Sequence record: MK373792.1
From: Escherichia phage vB_EcoS_VAH1
DNA length: 64,000 bases
Reading direction: 5' to 3' (one strand)
Positions within the stretch are counted from its first letter, which is position 1; the number at the start of each line of letters is the position of its first letter. Positions 10,167 through 19,834 of the stretch are shown here, piece after piece. A program made the position numbers and the translations under genes. The notes under the pieces were generated by a model. The model saw only the letters and a program-made list of their open reading frames with translations. It did not search any database and was not told the DNA's origin.

Positions 10167-10706
10167 TTACTTGTTAAGCTCTTCTAAATCTGGTATATAT
10201 CCAAGAAACTCCTCAATTAAAGCGTACTCCCCAGCAATCTCCTGTCTAGACTTATTCGCTAAGTCTACTGCCAGAGCTAAGTCTTCATAATTGAAGATTC
10301 CTTTCATACGTTTTCGGCCTGTTTCATCCGTAATTTGAACTCTCCATTTCTGCCTATCTTTAGCCCACATAACATTTGCATATCCGGATTTGGACTTTTT
10401 ATGCTTTTTATTACGACAATTTTGTGGTTTAGATGCAGAACGTAAATTTTTCCATCGGTTATTTTGTGGATTTCTATCTATGTGATCCACAAATTCAGGT
10501 ATATATCCTTCCATATATAGGAAGGCCCATCTATGGGCTCCCTGCCTCTCCCCTTCCACCATTATCATTATGTAATCATTGTTGTACAGGGTTCCAGCTT
10601 CCATTCCCCTCTTTACATACTGATTATTACCATCTATCTTCCAGGTAAACACACCCGTTTCCGGGTTATAATCTAGTAATTCCTTTAATCTTTCTTGTGT
10701 TATCAC
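10167..10706 (-). CDS. HNH homing endonuclease (HNH_3/AP2-type)
   Basis: Paralog of 6316..6852; GTG start. Confidence 0.75.
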   Translation of the reverse strand: MITQERLKELLDYNPETGVFTWKIDGNNQYVKRGMEAGTLYNNDYIMIMVEGERQGAHRWAFLYMEGYIPEFVDHIDRNPQNNRWKNLRSASKPQNCRNKKHKKSKSGYANVMWAKDRQKWRVQITDETGRKRMKGIFNYEDLALAVDLANKSRQEIAGEYALIEEFLGYIPDLEELNK

Positions 10707-11107
10707 AATTTATTAATGGCCTCCAAGAAGTTTTTCATGCACCTAACAGTTGCAGTGCTGAGATCTAGAGTAGTTCCTAAACATTCTGTTAATGCTGCCT
10801 GGTAAGGCGCTTTTAAACGCCCTTCAGGGACTTCTACCTTTTTGTAGGTTTTATTCTTTACTTTATCCAACATAGCTTCAAGAACATTGAGAGGCAATTT
10901 CGCACCCTCAATATTCACACCAAGCATTTCGGTCAGCATGTTATTAAGATCAATACGAGTAAGTTTCTTGCCTTTAGACATAGTAGTTCCTGCCCTCTTC
11001 TCAAGTTTTTTACGCTCTGGTGAATCGAGGTCACGTAATGCGATGTTCAACTCATATGGAGCCATGTTATAATGTTCCGCCATTTGAGTGTAGAAACGAT
11101 CAGACAT
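10703..11107 (-). CDS. hypothetical protein
   Basis: 134-aa ORF. Confidence 0.4.
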   Translation of the reverse strand: MSDRFYTQMAEHYNMAPYELNIALRDLDSPERKKLEKRAGTTMSKGKKLTRIDLNNMLTEMLGVNIEGAKLPLNVLEAMLDKVKNKTYKKVEVPEGRLKAPYQAALTECLGTTLDLSTATVRCMKNFLEAINKL

Positions 11108-11182
11108 AATATATACCTCTCTTAACTAATTTATGTATATATTATATAATAACTAGGGCTAAAAGTCAACTACTTTTTTATC

Positions 11183-11599
11183 TTAATCTACTACATGTAT
11201 AAATCTTTTTCTAACTAGATACATAGTTATTGGGTAAATTGAGTACATAAGTATCGGGGAGAAAAGGGTGAAATACGCTGTAACTCCCCCAGCTAACATC
11301 AAAGGTATTAATGCTAGAGTAAGGGCCATAAGAATCATACCGAATGAAACAGCCAAAGCTATGGATATAGGATTCTCTAGTTCCATCCATAACCAACAAT
11401 ATTTCGTATCTCTATGGCAATTGCATTTACAAACGCCGAATGAACCCATAATTATATACTCTAGTCCGTGAATAACCTTTATTAATAAGCTATTTCGGGT
11501 AGTTAATGCAATGATAGTAAAGACTATCATTAAAACGAATACTACTAGACTTATTTTCCAGATACCTAGCAGCATCATAGTGAATAGTTCTGCAAACAT
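11183..11599 (-). CDS. multi-pass membrane protein (holin candidate)
   Basis: 3-4 hydrophobic helices, immediately downstream of endolysin. Confidence 0.4.
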   Translation of the reverse strand: MFAELFTMMLLGIWKISLVVFVLMIVFTIIALTTRNSLLIKVIHGLEYIIMGSFGVCKCNCHRDTKYCWLWMELENPISIALAVSFGMILMALTLALIPLMLAGGVTAYFTLFSPILMYSIYPITMYLVRKRFIHVVD

Positions 11600-11676
11600 G
11601 GCTTTCTCCTATCTTCAAAAATTATTAAAGCCCCCTTTGCCTAAAAAGGCGGGAATATTCCCGCCTAAGTTATTAA

Positions 11677-12090
11677 TTAAACTAGTTCGACATGACCGCC
11701 ATCATAGGTACCACGTTTTATTTCATCGTGATAGTCTCCCGAAGCATTCCAATCAGCACCAAAACGAAGTTTAATGCCTAGCTCTTTACCAGCTTGTTCA
11801 AAAGCCTTTTTAACTGCCCAAAATGCTTCTAAGTCATTCCAGTCAATTTTGCCATTAATATATGGAGCAAAATCGATAGCATCCCCAGTAATATGTTTGC
11901 TTTTACTAGGATCTTTTAGAAATGAAGTACCATTAGCAATGTTCTGGGCACTTTGTGCTACTGTACGAATACCTTGCACGATTGTGAAATCGTACGGAGA
12001 TAATTCTAAAGCCCTACGAGCTACTTTTTGTAGCTCGGGCTTAACGGTAGCTAATTGTTTTTCGCTATTTTTACCAAATTTAAAACTCAT
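11677..12090 (-). CDS. lys: endolysin, zinc L-alanyl-D-glutamate peptidase (M15 family)
   Basis: 137 aa; HITGDAIDF and DGGHVE zinc-ligand motifs as in T5-type endolysin. Confidence 0.8.
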   Translation of the reverse strand: MSFKFGKNSEKQLATVKPELQKVARRALELSPYDFTIVQGIRTVAQSAQNIANGTSFLKDPSKSKHITGDAIDFAPYINGKIDWNDLEAFWAVKKAFEQAGKELGIKLRFGADWNASGDYHDEIKRGTYDGGHVELV

Positions 12091-12392
12091 ATTGACCTAC
12101 CTAAAGATCTCTGTTGTGGGGAACAGAGCTTTGCTAAATATTCCTTGAACTGTTCAGAATCGGCTGTATCTACCGGATTATCTTTCCAAGCAATACCAAT
12201 GTACCCAGCATAGATATTTTTTAGATTGAAGTATGGACAAGTGTATATGTAATTAAAAGTAACGTTTTTAAACGCAGGTATATTTAACCCCATATATTTA
12301 TTTACTCTTACACTTAAATCCGATGCGTAGTTAAAGCCCTCTAAATGACGTCTGTATAATTCAGACGTTTTATTTACCGCTTTATCGGCCAA
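12087..12392 (-). CDS. hypothetical protein
   Basis: 101-aa ORF overlapping lys start. Confidence 0.4.
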   Translation of the reverse strand: MADKAVNKTSELYRRHLEGFNYASDLSVRVNKYMGLNIPAFKNVTFNYIYTCPYFNLKNIYAGYIGIAWKDNPVDTADSEQFKEYLAKLCSPQQRSLGRSI

Positions 12393-12472
12393 GTCAGCCC
12401 TATCTAATTGCGCATTACTTTCCCATGCAATAATATTGGAATAATCATTGATAGCATCTGGTTTATACTTGA

Positions 12473-12796
12473 CTACAAAACAGCATCTGCACCCGTCTGA
12501 GAGAAGAGAACCATGCTCTTTTCCCTCGCCACATTAGGGAAGTTATCTATCCTCTGGGTTTGTAAATCCTGTAAAACTGCAGACGTGGAAAAAGTCTTTA
12601 AGAATGACATCACTTCACTAGTATTACTAACAAATAAGAAAATAATGACAGCAACTAAGATAGTTAGCAGACGTTTAAGAAGCGATGCTGGGTCTTTCGC
12701 TTCTTGGAGCAGTACTGTTAATAATTGTAAGAACTTTTCCAATTTGTAACCTCCTCTAACCAGTACCATTATACTAATTTTGGAGGAAAATTTCAA
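12473..12796 (-). CDS. membrane protein (holin candidate)
   Basis: Single TM LLTILVAVIIFLFV, upstream of endolysin. Confidence 0.35.
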   Translation of the reverse strand: MKFSSKISIMVLVRGGYKLEKFLQLLTVLLQEAKDPASLLKRLLTILVAVIIFLFVSNTSEVMSFLKTFSTSAVLQDLQTQRIDNFPNVAREKSMVLFSQTGADAVL

Positions 12797-12898
12797 TGGG
12801 TTTTTAAATGTTACACTTGGAGCACAAAATTATGTCGTTGTCAAGAAGAATTTTAGATAAAAGAAAAGCCAGGGTACTTAACCCTGGCTTAAAATTAC

Positions 12899-13497
12899 TT
12901 ACTCTTCGTTGTGCTCCTCGGATTGAGGTAACTGCGTTTTATTATATTGCTCAGATCGATATTTTGCCAAGATTTCAATACGTTTATGGATTTCCTTGCT
13001 ATCTAGATAGATATTTTTGTTGTCTTTTACCATCTCGTCGATTTCATCTATTGAGAAGAACGGATAGTAGACATCTAGCATCATATCTTCTACGAACTTG
13101 TTGTAAGATTCATAGGCTTTCTTGATTTCTTGACCTTTCTCACAGAACCCACCAGAGAACGTATGTCCCATTAGCGTAGCATGTGGATGTACTACCCATC
13201 CATGACAAGATAGGAAAATTGTGCAGTAAGCAGAAGCACTAGGACCAATCAGGTGTCCTATAACTGTTCCACGGCAATTAGCAATTAAGTTAGATAACTG
13301 TGCAGCGGTATCAACATAGCCACCAGGGCCATTAATCATCAGATTAATTTCGTCGTCCTCATTTGCCTGCATAAGTACCATTGATAAATCACGGTATTCA
13401 TCCGGCGGACCAAGTTCTTCATCAAAGAAAAAGGTATACTCGTTAGATTGGCGAATGGAGTGAAACAGGTTAGTCTTTTCTTTTTTTTATTAGTCAT
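12899..13497 (-). CDS. ClpP-like serine peptidase (S14), reading frame interrupted at an A8 run
   Basis: INGPGGYVD, GPSASAYC, HPHATLMGHTFSGG resemble ClpP; ATG with AAGGA RBS at 13495-13497 is in a different frame from the domain (from 13486 down). Confidence 0.6.
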
Positions 13498-13509
13498 AGC
13501 GATCCTTGA

Positions 13510-14261
13510 TTATCCAACTAGTGGTTCTAGCTCTAAGTCACAGAAGTTATACACTTCTAGTTTAAGGTTATTGATACCATCGAATTTATTAACTAATTCG
13601 TGAGTAATATATTTTGCAGGAATACCACTTTCAGATGGATGATCTGATTTAATAGTGAACTTCTGCTCAGCGGGCACTACATTTACTAGTAAAGAATCCA
13701 TATCTAAATGGTTCGTTTCTCTGAGTAACTCTCCTTCATTGGGGAATCTCACATCTGTTATTACGGCGACATCTGGGTCGTCTTTAGCGATGGATTGCTC
13801 CAGAATTATGAGCCAAATGCGTTCATGTACCAGCTGCCTTCCTAGCTCTGTTCCTACGAGCTGTAACATTTTTCTCGGAGAAATAAATAAACTATAGAGT
13901 CCGTCTTCTTTATTCTCTGAGATAAGTTGTTGAGGATTAAGATATTTTTCCTCAAAAATCGGCCAAACGTACGAGAAGTCTTCAAACTTATCGATACCGT
14001 ATTTAAACCATACGTCTCTAGCTCGCTCCAATTGAGATTGTGTGACCGTAAACCATTGGTCAATCTCTTTCCCCTGCGCTCTCCTAGAAACTCTGGAGTT
14101 ACACCGAGGATTACGGATGCAAGTTCATAAACGGGCTTAGCAAAACTGTAACGACGGGGTAAACGCGTTGGATACGTGTCATTACACCAATCGATAATTA
14201 ATTTTGCAACAGTGTCTTTTCCAGAACCAGCCTCACCATGCAGACCTACTAATACTGACAT
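13510..14261 (-). CDS. deoxynucleoside monophosphate kinase, split into two overlapping frames
   Basis: N-part (track 13854..14261) has Walker A GEAGSGKDT; C-part (track 13510..14031) has ITDVRFPNE and SDHPSESGIP as in T4 gp1. Confidence 0.6.
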
Positions 14262-14614
14262 TAATCTTTCCTATTGTTAATGGGTGGATAGTAAACTAAG
14301 CAACGTTTTTCTTGTAAATCTTGGCGATAGAAGCAAACCATACTAGTCAGTCGTGAGATATATGAATATTCTGCCTCGCGGCATTTTGCTAACATATTCC
14401 AATCTTTATATGGTACAACAACTACTACGCCATCTTCGCCATTTGTAGCTAATTTCTTTTCGAATTTGAAATCAAAGCTACAAGGCTGAAGTCCTTTAGG
14501 CCAATCCACATGGGCTGTTGGTAGCTCATGTGTAGGTTCTGGCTTTATTTCTTGTGCACAGCCTGTGATTGTGATTGTGGCTGCGAGCAGTATTCCAAGT
14601 TTTATTTTGTGCAT
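14261..14614 (-). CDS. lipoprotein (lipobox ITGC), Pro-rich after the Cys
   Basis: MHKIKLGILLAATITITGC signal; possible o-spanin or exclusion lipoprotein. Confidence 0.55.
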   Translation of the reverse strand: MHKIKLGILLAATITITGCAQEIKPEPTHELPTAHVDWPKGLQPCSFDFKFEKKLATNGEDGVVVVVPYKDWNMLAKCREAEYSYISRLTSMVCFYRQDLQEKRCLVYYPPINNRKD

Positions 14615-14689
14615 CTACGCACCTCATAATGTGTTTCTATGTATTGTTCCACTTCTACTGGAGAAACATTGAAAAACTCTGTACTTCCA

Positions 14690-15301
14690 CTAAAACCCCA
14701 CATAACTGCATCTTTTATTTTTATAGATACTATGTAGGTCAGCTTCGATCTTAGCTGTTTCTTCCTTAGAACCCTTGCCACAAATATAGTAAGATGATAC
14801 TCTCAGGTCTTTAAAACCACTACAAGACTTAACTTCTAGAAGTCTTTTCTGCACATTCTTACTTATACCTATTTTTATGCCCTTATCGGAAACAAATATG
14901 TATAAAAATCCTTGTGTATCCCAAGCTGTTTTGGCACAATTTGGGCACCCACTATGGTGTAAAACGTGGTTAGTGGTTGTTTCCCACTGATGGGAACATG
15001 TATTACATAAAAACTTTAGCTTAGAAGTAGAATTAGTATATTCACTTAGTAATACGATTTTTCTAGGACTGAGGAGTGAGTTAATCCTGTCTTTGGTTAA
15101 CTTTTCATTGCCTGCACATTTTGGGCATCCTCTACCTTTATTTCTGACATTTGTAGGGGCTGTTAACCATGTATTAGAGCATATAAGACACTTAAATTGT
15201 GTCTTTGTCTTATTATGTTCATATTCCCCAACTAATCTTACTGTCCTACCTTGAGCTTCTAAGTCTTTATTAAAGATTTCTTTATTTATTTTTACGCTCA
15301 T
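14690..15301 (-). CDS. zinc-ribbon repeat + T5orf172 (GIY-YIG-like) protein
   Basis: Two CxxC...GCPxC ribbons then YIFVSDKGIKIGIS; same architecture as 46060..46731. Confidence 0.6.
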   Translation of the reverse strand: MSVKINKEIFNKDLEAQGRTVRLVGEYEHNKTKTQFKCLICSNTWLTAPTNVRNKGRGCPKCAGNEKLTKDRINSLLSPRKIVLLSEYTNSTSKLKFLCNTCSHQWETTTNHVLHHSGCPNCAKTAWDTQGFLYIFVSDKGIKIGISKNVQKRLLEVKSCSGFKDLRVSSYYICGKGSKEETAKIEADLHSIYKNKRCSYVGF

Positions 15302-15707
15302 CCCTACAGTACTCCAAGCTACCAGAAAGACATGCTAATCTTTCCTCGAACTCCTTACTCTGCTTTTTAGCAATTAATGTAACCAATCCAGGCTTTGCAG
15401 CTATAATATCTTGACGACTAAGTGCTTTATCAAGCTGGGAGATCTTCTTATCAAGATCTTGTTGAGAAATATTATGGAAAGTGAAATATTGATTCATACG
15501 TGTTTCACGTTGTTCACTTTCAACTTTAATCTTGTTTAAGGAGGTTTCTAGAGTAGAGATCTTATTAGTTGCTGCCGCGAGATCCCCTGCTAAAGTTTCC
15601 ACCTTATTTACTAGGTGATAAGCACCGAATCCGATGCCTATCGCCAAACCAGCTCCCAGGATATACCATTTACCTTGCCATAGAGAACTAATAAAGTTTT
15701 TTATCAT
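15282..15707 (-). CDS. N-terminal TM + coiled-coil protein (i-spanin-like)
   Basis: TM WYILGAGLAIGIGFGAY then heptad-rich region. Confidence 0.4.
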   Translation of the reverse strand: MIKNFISSLWQGKWYILGAGLAIGIGFGAYHLVNKVETLAGDLAAATNKISTLETSLNKIKVESEQRETRMNQYFTFHNISQQDLDKKISQLDKALSRQDIIAAKPGLVTLIAKKQSKEFEERLACLSGSLEYCRDERKNK

Positions 15708-16384
15708 CTTTTCATATTCCTGAATGACGTAACCGTATCAAATCCATGTGCTGCTAGGCGGTCTTTATCTGATACAGTAATCATATCAGGCTCACCAGTT
15801 CCTAGTACACCGAAGATATACTGTTCGAGAACTTGGTGCAAACGGTATAAGTTACTTTCAATTTCCTGCCACGGAATACCTGATAGGTGTAGACGCGGAT
15901 TAATTATAACCTTGAAGTATTTATTGTTATCTTTATCATTTGGAACTAATGAATCTAGAACTGCTAACGGTACTCTTAGCTCAGATAAGGCTTCTTTAGC
16001 CTTCGGGGTAACTTCTTCTTGCCACGATAAGATAGACTCTTTTGGCTTCCCTCTATTTATGTCTAGCAAAGAAAACCCTGTTGACCACCCATTCTCCTCT
16101 AAAATTTCTAACGCCTCGTCCAGGCTGAAGGTTTTTACTTGGGTATCTAGCACGTCAATGTGGTATAACCAGTAAATCTCTCCGGCTAGGAAGAAAGGCA
16201 AAATTTTAAAGTAGCCAATCTTTCCCTCGATACGAGCAATCCTACGTTCTTGCATGATCATATAGTTGCCATCATCTGGGGCTTTTATTGTTAGCTCTTC
16301 AGTTTTACGTTCCCAAACATGATCTGCATCGAATAAACTGTTCTGCAAATCATACACATCTGCAAATTTAGAAATGATTCTCAT
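15704..16384 (-). CDS. hypothetical protein
   Basis: 226-aa ORF. Confidence 0.45.
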   Translation of the reverse strand: MRIISKFADVYDLQNSLFDADHVWERKTEELTIKAPDDGNYMIMQERRIARIEGKIGYFKILPFFLAGEIYWLYHIDVLDTQVKTFSLDEALEILEENGWSTGFSLLDINRGKPKESILSWQEEVTPKAKEALSELRVPLAVLDSLVPNDKDNNKYFKVIINPRLHLSGIPWQEIESNLYRLHQVLEQYIFGVLGTGEPDMITVSDKDRLAAHGFDTVTSFRNMKR

Positions 16385-16538
16385 ATTTAATCCTCTTGCC
16401 TCAATCTATGAATATATTATACAAAAGTTTGGGCATCTATGCAACTAAAATTTTATTACAAAAATAGCCCAGTCGCAAAAGTGCAGGCTGGGCTTTGTCA
16501 TTATTTGCTTTTGCTAGTAAGTTGACTTAGTGTCAATC

Positions 16539-16919
16539 TTATGTAATATTAGTTTCTCTAGCTTTGCGTAGTACCCCTGCATTTCTCCATAACTTAATAT
16601 CGTCTACTGTTTCTTTATAAGGAGCTATGGTAAAACCTAGTGGGCCAGCACTAAATAATCCTAAGAATCCTATTGCACGCATATAGAATAAACATTCTTC
16701 GCCTGTCATTTCTTCAACTGCTTTTCTTTGTTTTTCGTTTTCAAACTCGTGATCCTTGTTGTCTATACGAAGGTGTTTAATGAACCATTCAGCAGAATAT
16801 TCATCTAAGTGTCTAAGTATGGCTACTGCATACCCAGCACCAATTAAAAACCAAGTGGTAACAAGAATTAATACTATAGTCATATCATCTCCAGTTAAGG
16901 TCAGCGACCAACTCACCAC
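16539..16919 (-). CDS. membrane protein
   Basis: Two TM helices. Confidence 0.4.
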   Translation of the reverse strand: MVSWSLTLTGDDMTIVLILVTTWFLIGAGYAVAILRHLDEYSAEWFIKHLRIDNKDHEFENEKQRKAVEEMTGEECLFYMRAIGFLGLFSAGPLGFTIAPYKETVDDIKLWRNAGVLRKARETNIT

Positions 16920-16993
16920 TTACCGCACTAAGGGGCACGACTCCCTTATCCGTAACAGTTGCAGGTGACGCAACTCGGTCCTACGCGAGTTCT

Positions 16994-17278
16994 TTAATTA
17001 TTCTGCATTTCTGCTTTAAATTTTTTCATATTACGGGTTTTTCGGTAATAGAAAAATACAGATGTTGGGCCTAAAAGAATGTCTATAATAAATATTGCAG
17101 ATCTAGCACACCTGAGCAACGTTTTATCATCAAGAGGTGCTAGGTCTGATGGACGTGTTTTATGTACAACATATAAGATCACATCTTTATTCTTGGAGAT
17201 GAATAAATCATCTATTAGACTATAAATAGCAACCACAGAGCCGATGACGAACCAAAGAGCAAATGGAGAAACAATCAT
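16994..17278 (-). CDS. membrane protein
   Basis: TM helices. Confidence 0.4.
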   Translation of the reverse strand: MIVSPFALWFVIGSVVAIYSLIDDLFISKNKDVILYVVHKTRPSDLAPLDDKTLLRCARSAIFIIDILLGPTSVFFYYRKTRNMKKFKAEMQNN

Positions 17279-17571
17279 TTCAGATCCTTTTCATTAATTA
17301 GAATATTAGTAAACAGAGGGGCAAATCCTAAACTCATAGTAGGTCCAAATGTTTTCATGGCTATCCATAACTGCATAGTAATCATGCCATCTTTAATTTC
17401 TGGATCTTTGTATTCCCCAATACGGGTTTTGGCGAAAGCCACTATATCTGGATTATTTTTATTTTCCTGAATATAGTCATGCCAAAATTGTGTATTCTCA
17501 CTACGTAGGAATGTTAAAATATCCTTAGTTGCTGGAATCTGCACTGTGCTATTGATGTTTAGCTTTTTCAC
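17275..17571 (-). CDS. hypothetical protein
   Basis: 98-aa ORF. Confidence 0.4.
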   Translation of the reverse strand: MKKLNINSTVQIPATKDILTFLRSENTQFWHDYIQENKNNPDIVAFAKTRIGEYKDPEIKDGMITMQLWIAMKTFGPTMSLGFAPLFTNILINEKDLK

Positions 17572-17968
17572 GTTCTTCTCTCCTACGTTTGCATTCTTTC
17601 ATCATATGGGCTGCTACAACTTCATGGTAGTAGTCATTAATGTTATCTTCTGGCAAGAAATGCTTAATAGTCTCTAGCTGACAAATAACTCGATGAAGAT
17701 GGTTATTTGGTAGGCATAATTTCATACCCGCAACAAACCCAGAGAAGCCTGGAATACTGAACATGGGTTGGGCTTCTACTCTACCTTCAGAGTTGATATT
17801 AAGCTCAATTGAGATACCCATTTTCATGTTATAAAGCTGGCAGTATTCCCCGTTACCGGACCTTGACCAAACAGTGAAGTCCTCATCAATTTGATCTTGG
17901 ATTTCTGTAATTGCAAATTTAATTCTAGGATCTAAATTATTCATCTTCACCTTCAAAGTCGCAATCAT
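17549..17968 (-). CDS. hypothetical protein
   Basis: 139-aa ORF. Confidence 0.4.
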   Translation of the reverse strand: MIATLKVKMNNLDPRIKFAITEIQDQIDEDFTVWSRSGNGEYCQLYNMKMGISIELNINSEGRVEAQPMFSIPGFSGFVAGMKLCLPNNHLHRVICQLETIKHFLPEDNINDYYHEVVAAHMMKECKRRREEREKAKHQ

Positions 17969-18347
17969 AACGACAAGTAAAAGAACTAGAGCTATTAGTA
18001 CGTTGAGTAGTTATCTCACCACGTTTGCTAACAGTAACAGCCGGAGTAGAGAAGTTTTTATTAGTATATATTTCTACTTTGCCGTTACGTTCCTTAACAT
18101 CACGCACTTTACCATATTCAGTAATGATGCCATTTTGTTGGACTTTAACATTCCCGTTTTTCATAAAAACTTTAGTAGATGCTAGAGAACTGAAACTAAC
18201 TGCCGAAACCATCAGTGCAATAATAAACTTATTCATCAGTATCTTCCTCACTACAGTCACGGCATACATCATAATCATTGAAGGAATGTTCATGAGCTTC
18301 ACACCACCAAGAACAAGAATCACAGAGGAATATTTCGGTTTTCTCAA
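17937..18347 (-). CDS. secreted protein (signal peptide; start probably internal MNKFIIAL)
   Basis: Hydrophobic signal-like segment ending ...SLAS. Confidence 0.4.
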   Translation of the reverse strand: MRKPKYSSVILVLGGVKLMNIPSMIMMYAVTVVRKILMNKFIIALMVSAVSFSSLASTKVFMKNGNVKVQQNGIITEYGKVRDVKERNGKVEIYTNKNFSTPAVTVSKRGEITTQRTNSSSSFTCRYDCDFEGEDE

Positions 18348-18510
18348 GTGCTTGGCCTAAAAGATCATCAGCTTCCTCAGCAGTAATCTTCAACCCACAT
18401 ACATCTGCCACACGTTCTTTAATTAAGCGACCTGCCTCATGATAAGACATACAGGTTCCAACAACACTATGCTCGACAACGTGAATAGCACAGTCTAGAC
18501 GAGTTTTCAT
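18229..18510 (-). CDS. Cys-rich hypothetical protein
   Basis: CDSCSWWC...CRDC; preceded by promoter cassette and GAGAGAGG RBS. Confidence 0.45.
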   Translation of the reverse strand: MKTRLDCAIHVVEHSVVGTCMSYHEAGRLIKERVADVCGLKITAEEADDLLGQALEKTEIFLCDSCSWWCEAHEHSFNDYDVCRDCSEEDTDE

Positions 18511-18540
18511 TTCAAACCTCTCTCATCAATTTATAAATAT

Positions 18541-18569
18541 ATTATAACAAGAAAAGAGAGGTTTAGCAA
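18541..18569 (-). promoter_or_regulatory. T5-type early promoter (one of ~20 minus-strand cassette copies)
   Basis: Minus strand TTGCTA - 17 nt - TATAAT, leader AUAAAUUGAUGAGAGAGG then ATG of 18229..18510. Confidence 0.6.
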
Positions 18570-18586
18570 ATGAATTATTTCAGAAA

Positions 18587-18934
18587 TTAGTCGTAGCACC
18601 ACCATAACCCACGCTTACGCATGTCATGATCGCGATTATAGTCGTAATTTTCTGGATCTTTCATCACGCGGTGGAGTTCTTGACGATTTCCTTGACGAAC
18701 CATTTTATTAGAGTGCCACTTAACATTCTTACTAACAGAATTCCAGCTATAACCATCCTTTTTCTCATTACGAATGGTTGCTTCTTCCATTTCCTGTTCT
18801 ACCTCATCCCAGGATTTAGCATAAGTAACACGAATGTAGTAGCCACTTGCTTTGAGGAAAGTATATCCCTGGGTGTAATTAGCTTTAGACTTCCACCACT
18901 GATCACCAGATTGTTTACGATAAGTACGGCTCAT
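18587..18934 (-). CDS. hypothetical basic/aromatic protein
   Basis: 115-aa ORF. Confidence 0.4.
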   Translation of the reverse strand: MSRTYRKQSGDQWWKSKANYTQGYTFLKASGYYIRVTYAKSWDEVEQEMEEATIRNEKKDGYSWNSVSKNVKWHSNKMVRQGNRQELHRVMKDPENYDYNRDHDMRKRGLWWCYD

Positions 18935-19055
18935 ATTACCTCCATTAAGTCTTTTGAATTAACCTAATGTGGGTGAATTTTATTATACATAAATTATTTA
19001 CCTGTATATAGAAAAACCCCAGACTACTTATTCAATAGCTGGGGTTTGTTATTAA

Positions 19056-19370
19056 TTACAGATCGGGGCGTTCATCTTCGAAACAGCCTGAGCTAATATC
19101 TTCTCCGAATCCTACGAAGCCATCAAATTCATCATTTGAAATACCCATAATCATTGCTTCCATTTTTCTAATCTCCGAAATTTTCATGCCTGCTTTACTA
19201 TTCTTAAAGTGTTTGCGAGGATTCCCGCACATCCAACAAGAACAGATACAAGGAGTAGTAGTGATAATACCTAACCGTTTAGGGCTTTCTTCATGTGGGA
19301 AGACTGTCCAGTATTTCTTGCGGTTGTTCTTCACACGTTGCCGGTGATGACGTCTTAATGCTCGATCCAC
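19056..19370 (-). CDS. Cys-rich hypothetical protein
   Basis: TPCICSCWMCGNP cluster. Confidence 0.4.
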   Translation of the reverse strand: MDRALRRHHRQRVKNNRKKYWTVFPHEESPKRLGIITTTPCICSCWMCGNPRKHFKNSKAGMKISEIRKMEAMIMGISNDEFDGFVGFGEDISSGCFEDERPDL

Positions 19371-19451
19371 ACATTTCTCCTAAAACTTGGGAGATAAATG
19401 GAGTTTGCTCGACTACCTCATGTAGTTCGGAGAAATCGTACCCAAACCCCA

Positions 19452-19821
19452 TTACATCGCCTGAGTAAATGTACGACTAATAACGTCGTTCTGTTGTTCA
19501 CGCGTCAGTGCGTTAAAACGTACAGCGTACCCTGAAACACGAATGGTTAACTGAGGGTATTTTTCAGGATGTTTCTGTGCATCCAAAAGCTGATCACGAC
19601 TTAACACATTGACATTTAGGTGTTGACCGCCTTCAATTTGAGGGGCGACTTCCACCTTGACTTCACGAAAGGATTCGGGGTCAAAATGGGGTGTAATACC
19701 TTCTAGATCTTCAACTAGAACTTTTTGTTTAAGTTCACCATCTTTAGAATATAATTGGATAATCTGATTATTATGAACAATATTAATTACGCCAGATTTA
19801 AGATTTTGGTACGCTTTCATT
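19452..19821 (-). CDS. autonomous glycyl radical cofactor (GrcA/YfiD-like)
   Basis: [11 protein letters not shown]...[21 protein letters not shown] matches E. coli GrcA including RVSGY; start moved to ATG ~19821 (AGGAG RBS) because track start overlaps a tRNA. Confidence 0.8.
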
Positions 19822-19834
19822 AGATCTCCTGTTT

